From Raillietiella orientalis (lineage: Eukaryota), in assembly GCA_036172245.1 (NCBI GenBank), contig JAYWIR010000020.1, positions 2,046,001 through 2,110,000 on the forward strand: a DNA stretch of 64,000 nucleotides. The letters run 5' to 3'. A model generated the notes under the pieces. It was not told where the DNA came from. It ran no database searches and saw nothing but the letters and a program-made list of their open reading frames with translations. Each line of letters opens with the position of its first letter. Within the stretch, counting starts at the first letter, position 1. A program made the translations under genes and the position numbers. This document shows, piece after piece, positions 54,001 through 64,000 of the stretch.

Positions 54001-56857
54001 CCCTTTTTGATCTGTGAAAAGTAATGCTTGAAAAATTACAATTTAGGTGATGTATTTTCATAACTCCACTCAATATGGGATGCCTCCTTTATTGTCGAAC
54101 TCTCTTCATAACAAAAACGTCCAAACTTTAAAATGTTGAAGACGTGACAAATATGAAAACAACTATTAGCTTAACAATTTTATTATTACAGTGATCTAAT
54201 CAAGAACGAAGAATGTGATATACGAAATCATTTAATAATCAGTTCCCACTTTTCGTGCTTAATATAGGATGAGGGAATTTTCCTGGATCTCTAAAATCTT
54301 ATTCCCCTCCCACCCTATTCTGCTGCGAAGATTTCTGGACTTGCCGGTGGCTTGGTATGTACGGACTGTTAAAATAATGGTCATCATTGCGTTTCCATTT
54401 CCATTAACTACTTTCTATAAATCTCTCCTCTTGGAGTGGAACTTTTCCCATTAAAATACTACTCATGAAAATGCAAGTAACTTTTTACGATGGATCTTAA
54501 AAACACACACACACGAAAGAATACCAAGTAATCTGTGTAATTTGCCAGCGTTGAAAAACACCACACTATAGTTCTCTCTCTTTAGGTTAAATGTGTCCGG
54601 GCATCGTCCTTCAATGATTTCCCTATGTGATCTCGAATATTTTAACCTGAGGATCATTTCTCTTGGACCTCGCTACTGGCTATTTTTTTCATTGGTACAA
54701 TTCGTGTATAGTGTGCTTTAATGTTCATTCTATGCAACTAAGTGTTACCTTTGTAGTTGCCCAAAATTTGTGTTCTTTAGGAATCTATACAAAGGTGTTT
54801 TCGTGAGTACAAGAATGCATTATTCGATGGGAGATGCATATCTCATATTTCGTAAATCATGCACTGGGTGAAAATGTTCTAATGATTCCATGTAGTGAGA
54901 GTGCAAAACTATCCATAGTCATCATCTGATGTACTTCATCCTCCGAAAAGGAGCATTCTGATGCTCCAAATCAAGAAAGGCTACGTGTTGAACTTTTAGA
55001 TCTTGAATGGAGAAAAATATGAAAACGATGCCAGATGGATCGTGGAAGACATGCGCTATTCTCTCTTATAAGCTGTGTATTTTTCGGATTCCACGTACAA
55101 CTAAAATAAAGGCAGCATTAAAAGGGAAAAGGAAAATTCGCCTTAAGGTCATTCAAATTCGTGCATGAATTATAATATAAATTTCCATGATAGGTAAAAA
55201 CCCATTATGTGAGATTTATGACAAAGTCAAGGATGAAATCCATAACGAAATATAGGCGTCAGGATCCTATTTAACAGAATTTTCGCTTTTTTTTTTTTTT
55301 TACTGTTTTATCATTTGCTCCATATTATCCCTACTGTAATCTGCCACTTCCTTTGCAATCTAACATTTAAATTGCATAATATGAGTAGTACAATCAGCAT
55401 GTACGTTTCGAGTACAGTATCACGAATTAAGAGCAGTGTATGTTGTCTTGCCGTTCTCTTGCTGCGTGAGGAATTTGAACGATTAACATTCTCAAGATGT
55501 GTTCAAAATGGTGTTTGCATTATCCGATTACAAGAAGCTCTTCTGATTTGTCTGGTACTGGCATGTGGGGAAAAAAAAAGATCTGTGTTTAAAAGGATAT
55601 ACATCATTCAATTTATGTAGTAAAGAAATTCTCTGCGTAGTGATTATAACATACGGTAAGAGTTCAAACTGGTGTTTTGTATTTCATGAAGTCTAATAAG
55701 TATCATGATCTCGACTGGCAATTTGAGTCATGACTTTGCCCTTGTCGGCAGCATCTTCTACTTAAATTCGTGTGTTGACCTTGCCACCCATGAATTGTCA
55801 GCGTAGCTGTATGTGGAAGAACGTGGTTTGTGACCTGAACTGAAAAGATATTGATTAAGCATTGCAGTGAAGTAGGGACTCTGCTCGTGTTAAGTGCAAC
55901 TTCGAATCAGTAAAATAACTAACCGGAATGAATTCCATGCATTCAATTTATAAAAAAGGTTTCCATTTATTTGGTGGTGGTAACATTCTGTAGCTCATAT
56001 TAATTGATAGAATTCCCCAGAAGAACATTTTGAGGGTTATGAATGTTTTAGTGATTTTTGCAGCCTCCTTGAATAATTGGTATTCTTGGTTGTAAGTAAA
56101 ATGTAAGATAACTATGCATTATGTTGAGAAAACTCTATGCTACTTCTACTGGGACTGAAAATGGGTTTCTGGCTTATTACAATGAATACAAATATTTAAC
56201 TTCAAACCCGATCAAGTGCGCTTTAAATTGTTTCTTCCTCTACTTTTTGCATACTCAAATTTAAATATTTAAGAGATTAATCTCAAATGTGACATTTAAA
56301 TCTGAATTGAGTGTTTTCCAATGTGGATTCTGCATATAATGTAAGGAAATTGTGGCATCTATGTAATGTGCTAACTTAAATACTGAGGGCCACCTCGTTT
56401 ACTTCAGCTTATTTAATCCGTTTGTACATCAAGGAAATTTGAAGATAAGCATGGAGACCCAAAATATACAAGTGAATTTGTACAGTGAATACAAACTATG
56501 AAGATAGGACATCACTACATGATGCTGAATGAAAAATAAAGATCAAGAAAAAGAGGAATCCAGTTGTAAAAACCTAAGGTAAAATTTTCATATTGTTTGT
56601 TCACATCAAGGTAAAATATATGTAAGTGTTAAAAGGTATGTAAATGATGCTTTGTAAATTATAGGAACTTGAATGATGTCTGAAATAAATCTGAATGGCA
56701 ATTACAGAGTTTTACATAAACCAGATCAGAGTTTTTTAATTATGGAAATAAGGCTAATATCCTTGAGAATGCAGATAATGTAATTGTCAGTCATGTACTT
56801 CAATGTTCATGTTAATAATAATCTATTACAACTTGTCAACATGGTGATATAGAAGTT

Positions 56858-59348
<2,491 letters not shown>

Positions 59349-61599
59349 TATTGTCAAGGAAACTGGTTCATCTAAATCACAGTCATATGGTACGTGCCAA
59401 TGTCACTGAATGTAAATCTCTGAAAAAATGAACATGCAGAAGCAATTCCTTTATCCTTGATTTCAATAGATACTTATTTACATCACAACACTCGCTTACA
59501 CTTCAATGGTTTCAAAGCCCATGATTAATCTATCGATTCAAAATACGCACAAAAACTGTTGCGTGATTCATTTCATTAAAGTTTCCACGAACTTACGTTA
59601 TCAATAATGAATTTTAAATATGAAAGAAAAACACAAAATACAACAGCAAATTCTTTTGAAGCAATTCTTCCGATATAATGCTATTGAAACTCAATTACAC
59701 TATTAATTTAATGTCCAGTGATTATTCCATCATGAATTAAAAGTGAATGTTTTTAACAAGCACACAAGAAACCGCAACACGAAAACATCTTTGTCCCCCT
59801 ACTTCTGTACCAATTTGATAAAGAATTTCTTAAAAAAAGGGCAGCACATATGGCAAAGTCCGTGACACTTCCAGACACCAGAGCCATGCACAGTTTTTTA
59901 AAGCATACCACACAATCCACACTGCAAAATAACGGAGCACCTACACTTGCAATTATTAGCATCATTTTTAAAACATATATTTGAAGTTCTTTTGTTTACT
60001 GCACTAAAGACATGTTTTCTTTCATGTTTTCAGGAAAAATAACTATATTCGGTAATAATACTGACTCTTTGCTATTATCGATACTTTATTATTATTGTTC
60101 CTAGCTTTAGATTTATTCAAGTAGCTTGAAAAATATCAAAAAAAAAGTGTTCTGTTCCTTTCTTCTTCAATAACATTTAATTTTCACTTATTGTATGATC
60201 TGAACTAAATAAAAAACAGGCAAAGATCAAGAGAAACTCTTTAATTTTCTACATTTTTGACAAATATTGCATGGATTGATGCATGTTCACATTTGAAAAT
60301 ACACTATTAGGAATAGGTGAATTCGTTCAAGAAATCCAAAGGGTCATTGATGACTACTGTCACTTTGAGAAGCACCATTTGGGTACATTTGGATGCCTCT
60401 GAAAAAGAAAATAAATAAAATAAAGCAAGATAAGGCCTTACTTCTTAATACATACACTGATTTTTCCAAAACTGGACTTTGAATAATTGTAATTCGTCTT
60501 TGAATTTTGGATATTTATGAACATTCACATTACAAATACAAGGAGAAAGCATAGTAATTGTGCTTTTTTGTAACGAAACACGAGCTCGACTTCGTCTGTT
60601 TGTTGTTTATGTTCATCGAGAGTAAAGATTCATGCCAAATTGCTGATTGCTTGCGAAAAAACCATACAAAAGTATTCTCATTATTCTACAGGCTAACGAC
60701 TACAATTCCACAAACTATAACTACGTCCCAGTAATAAAATTTAGGTATTCCAAATGTTCAATCAGATTGCAATTGGATTGCTTATAACTGAGTTATTCCT
60801 AACATCAATGACGAATTAAGAAGTTCAGTTATTAAGATCGTCGATGAATGGGCATGTAATGAGTTGAATGTCCAATTATTCGGAACATCCTAAGGAATGA
60901 ATAATCGTTTAATTACATGAACTTAGAATAAAGCTTCTAAGACAAGATCCCTGCTGAAAAGAATATAAAATATGAAGCTACACCATCCTTTAGGCAGAAA
61001 TTGAACAAATCTGCTCAGAATGGCAAGCAGGTGAACACAATTTTAGTTTCTCATGGGAGATCGAAATTAACTCAGTTACAAATTCGACAACTCTAGAGGC
61101 ATAGTGGACAGATAATTACAAACTTCTGAGTGCCATTTGCGAATCATTGCATCTGAGAGTCTATAAAGTTCTTCAAATTTCATTTTCAAATGTTTTCGTA
61201 CAAGCATATGTGTGCATGGTTTGTTCTTTCAGTATATGTTATTATGCCAGTCTAAGATGTTTTCTGTATAGGTGCATTTCCCAGGAGTAAAGTTACTCTA
61301 ACGAGAGTAATATTTTGTATGCCCTCTGGATGAAACAACAAAATCATGGGACTGAACTCCAACAAATTCTTCTGATATAGCCTTAAGCTTAGGACTTATG
61401 CAAAAAAAAAAAACGTGCGAGCATGTTCACATTTTTCAGCTGTTTCAGTTTTCAAAATTTTCAGCTGATACACTGAGGGCATAATACTCCTCAGTGTTTT
61501 TAACTTCAGATGTCTCCAAGGAAAAGAGTGAACTCTATTCCTCGCGTTTCTGTTTATTCTTGCTAGGTATGCAAACACGGCAATCCCCTTCAGCCGTCC

Positions 61600-62330
61600 T
61601 CAATCATACTTACTGAATGCTTTTAGAGTTTTTGATTGAGGAAGAAAGACACTGGCTTTGAATCCACTCGTTTTGTCTGCGAGGAACGCATTCCTTCATT
61701 TCATTGACATTGACTCGCAACTAGAAATTCAGATGTACTTCATTCCGCTATTTCAAGTTTGTTGCTTGTTGTCTGCTTCTGTGCCATTATGGCTTATATT
61801 CCATATGATCAGTACCTATCATCAAATAATGAACCTTTTGTGTTGGGCATACATGCAGTTATTGCTTTGACAGTTTAGGAGTGTTCATGTTTATTATGTA
61901 ATAGGCATTTATAATTCTTTTTTCTTTCCAAATAGGTCAGCTGAACTATACAGTACTGATCCCAGGAAAATTGTGTCAAAATAACCGAAAACAATCCAGT
62001 AATAATATTTTCCTTCCTAAATAATTACTTAAATACTTTACATCCCAAGTGGGAAAGAAGAAGAAAAAACATTTAATTCCTATTTTTGTTAGCACTTCCC
62101 ACATTACAAAAGTTTTCTTTCCACAATCAAGTGTTTTAAAGAGTCACAATATCAAACTAGAAATACAGAAATGTTTGACTCTATTTCACCTAATAAAGCC
62201 AGAAGAACCTTGGTATCCCTGATTCAACTCGTGCAGATTGTGGCTGCTACAGATAGAAGTTTGATGAAATAATGGATACAATCATTACTGTTATGCACTG
62301 GATTACTGACCAAGTTGCCAGTTTTTCAGG
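61600..62330 (-). mobile_element. Possible decayed LINE apurinic-endonuclease region
   Basis: KLATW, FDIVTL*NT*LW and a frameshifted YAPT-like motif occur in the expected order. Confidence 0.25.
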
Positions 62331-62799
62331 TTTCGCTTCGTATTTTTCCTTGGAATATTCAATGGCAAAGGCTTCGCTGGAAGAACAGCGCCCTCATAAT
62401 TCCATAAAATATCGAACTGAACCATAAGCCATCATGCATCGAATCTGAAAGAAAAAACAAAGGAAGAAAAACGTGCAAGGAGACTGCTTGTTAGTCAGTT
62501 TCCTAGTCCGACTAGGCAACTTCCCTAAGAAAAGTGCACAGTCTTCTCAACACGATAAATAAAAGAAATAACAATTCAAAACCAACAGCAGCATCAGCAA
62601 CAACTACAGATGCTTGATTTTCATCTTTCTCTCTAAGGCTTGTTCTCTCGGATTGAGCACCTGAGGGCCATTCACAGGTAGGGGATACACAAGGGAATAT
62701 CCAGCTCACAGAACGGATGCCAACAGAGAAGGAATGTTTCATGTGTGATAACAGAGAGATACCCGTCAGGGAGAAAATATGGATCAATTACCTTAATGA

Positions 62800-64000
62800 T
62801 TCTGTAAAATTAAAGGGTTGTAAGTAAGGGAAGCCCACCAATTATGTCTTAAAAGCTTAACACATAAATAGCGGGTCTAAACACGAATAGGGGTAAGATA
62901 AGGACAAGGTAATCGAGCGAATCAGTCGGTGGGAAAAGTCGTGCCCTAGACTTGCTTTATGACTTAGTATCCAGGAACTTTCTATCCCGGCATAGGAGCC
63001 CACAACAGATAGGATTCCCTCTCCAAGAGTTGTGACAAAATTGCGATTTAATTAACAGCAGATTTGCCGAAGATTTCTGCGGTCAAAGAATTTCAAACAC
63101 GGTTGCTCGTGGAACTGCAAATAAAGGACCAGTTTCTCAGTGCAGTCGTTTTACCGGGATGACGGCTTCTGGCGGTTGGGAATAAAGGCAAACTGTCTTC
63201 TCCGCACAGACTGAGTCCATTGTCAGCGACCAGAATGGATCTTGTTGTAGTCGTGGGGATCGTGGTGGACCCAGAGAATGGAATCCACTTAGTCACGAAA
63301 TCTTGCCTGAGATGCCTTGCGAACCAGAGTTCTCAGGTTTCGTCGCGCAGATGACGCAACACGCGGTTGCAGCGTGTGCGTTTTCCAGAAGCATCCGTGC
63401 TTTGGACTTCTTACAGTCGAATGAGATCGCGTATCACCACGGCTTTTCGATTTCTGGAAGGACTCGAGGAGGACCAGTTTCCAGTCCCGGGCACTCAACC
63501 GGGTCGTCCGGCTTCTACCAGTGCCGCATCCGAAGCCCGTGGGCCAACCGGCATCATCCTGAGGGAGGAACTCGCAACCACGGCGCACCCCCCATTTTCG
63601 GCGTTTCGATCCCGCACGTGGGGATTCGAACCAGCAATGCTTAGATACCATGCGGGGAGAGAGACTGCAGCCACACGGCCGGTCACCCAGACATTTGCCA
63701 ATTTTCTTAGGAGAGAGTTTGACTCAAAGGTCGCTGGCATTGTCATGGGCAAACTGAAAATGCTAAAAGGCAGTTCAAGAAATCGAAATTCACAATTGCA
63801 TTGCCTGACGAATGATGGAATCTGTGATCTTCGAGAGAAGAATAATCTCGTAAAGTGGCAGACTCACAGAGTAGGAAAGAGTCCTTTCTGGATTCTGCAA
63901 GGGAGGACCATCAATGTCACCTCCAGAGCTTCGGATGCTTCCGACTGAGCCATGCTAAGTTTTCGATTCCAACTCACAATAATCTGAATTTCTATCGAAG
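62800..64000 (-). mobile_element. GC-richer segment, possibly a decayed non-LTR retrotransposon 3' part
   Basis: Abrupt rise in GC content. The minus reading LLSKITDSIIRQA...LSPKKIG weakly resembles R2-like post-RT sequence. It may continue beyond the window. Confidence 0.25.

Overview
Animal (invertebrate) nuclear DNA, not prokaryotic. Six protein genes can be assembled by hand: NHLRC2 (+), a GPAT3/4-type acyltransferase (-), intronless DNLZ (+), FANCI (+), ZRANB1/TRABID (-) and LETM1 (-). There is also one tRNA-Ala(AGC). Of the 48 inferred introns, 39 are only 37-58 nt, and one is GC-AG. Genes occur as tightly packed convergent pairs whose stop codons are 25 and 70 nt apart. Long AT-rich spacers between them hold decayed transposons: an internally deleted piggyBac, a Penelope-like element, several LINE pieces and a pogo/Tc2-like end. 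The first ~5.6 kb is a GC-rich mosaic with LTR-pol-like shreds. It ends in the most striking object in the window: a ~490 bp cassette bounded by ~70 bp inverted repeats, carrying a decayed fragment of a Wolbachia-type elongation factor Ts (tsf) gene. This is a candidate Pack-like element holding endosymbiont DNA. All homology calls come from motif recognition, not database searches.
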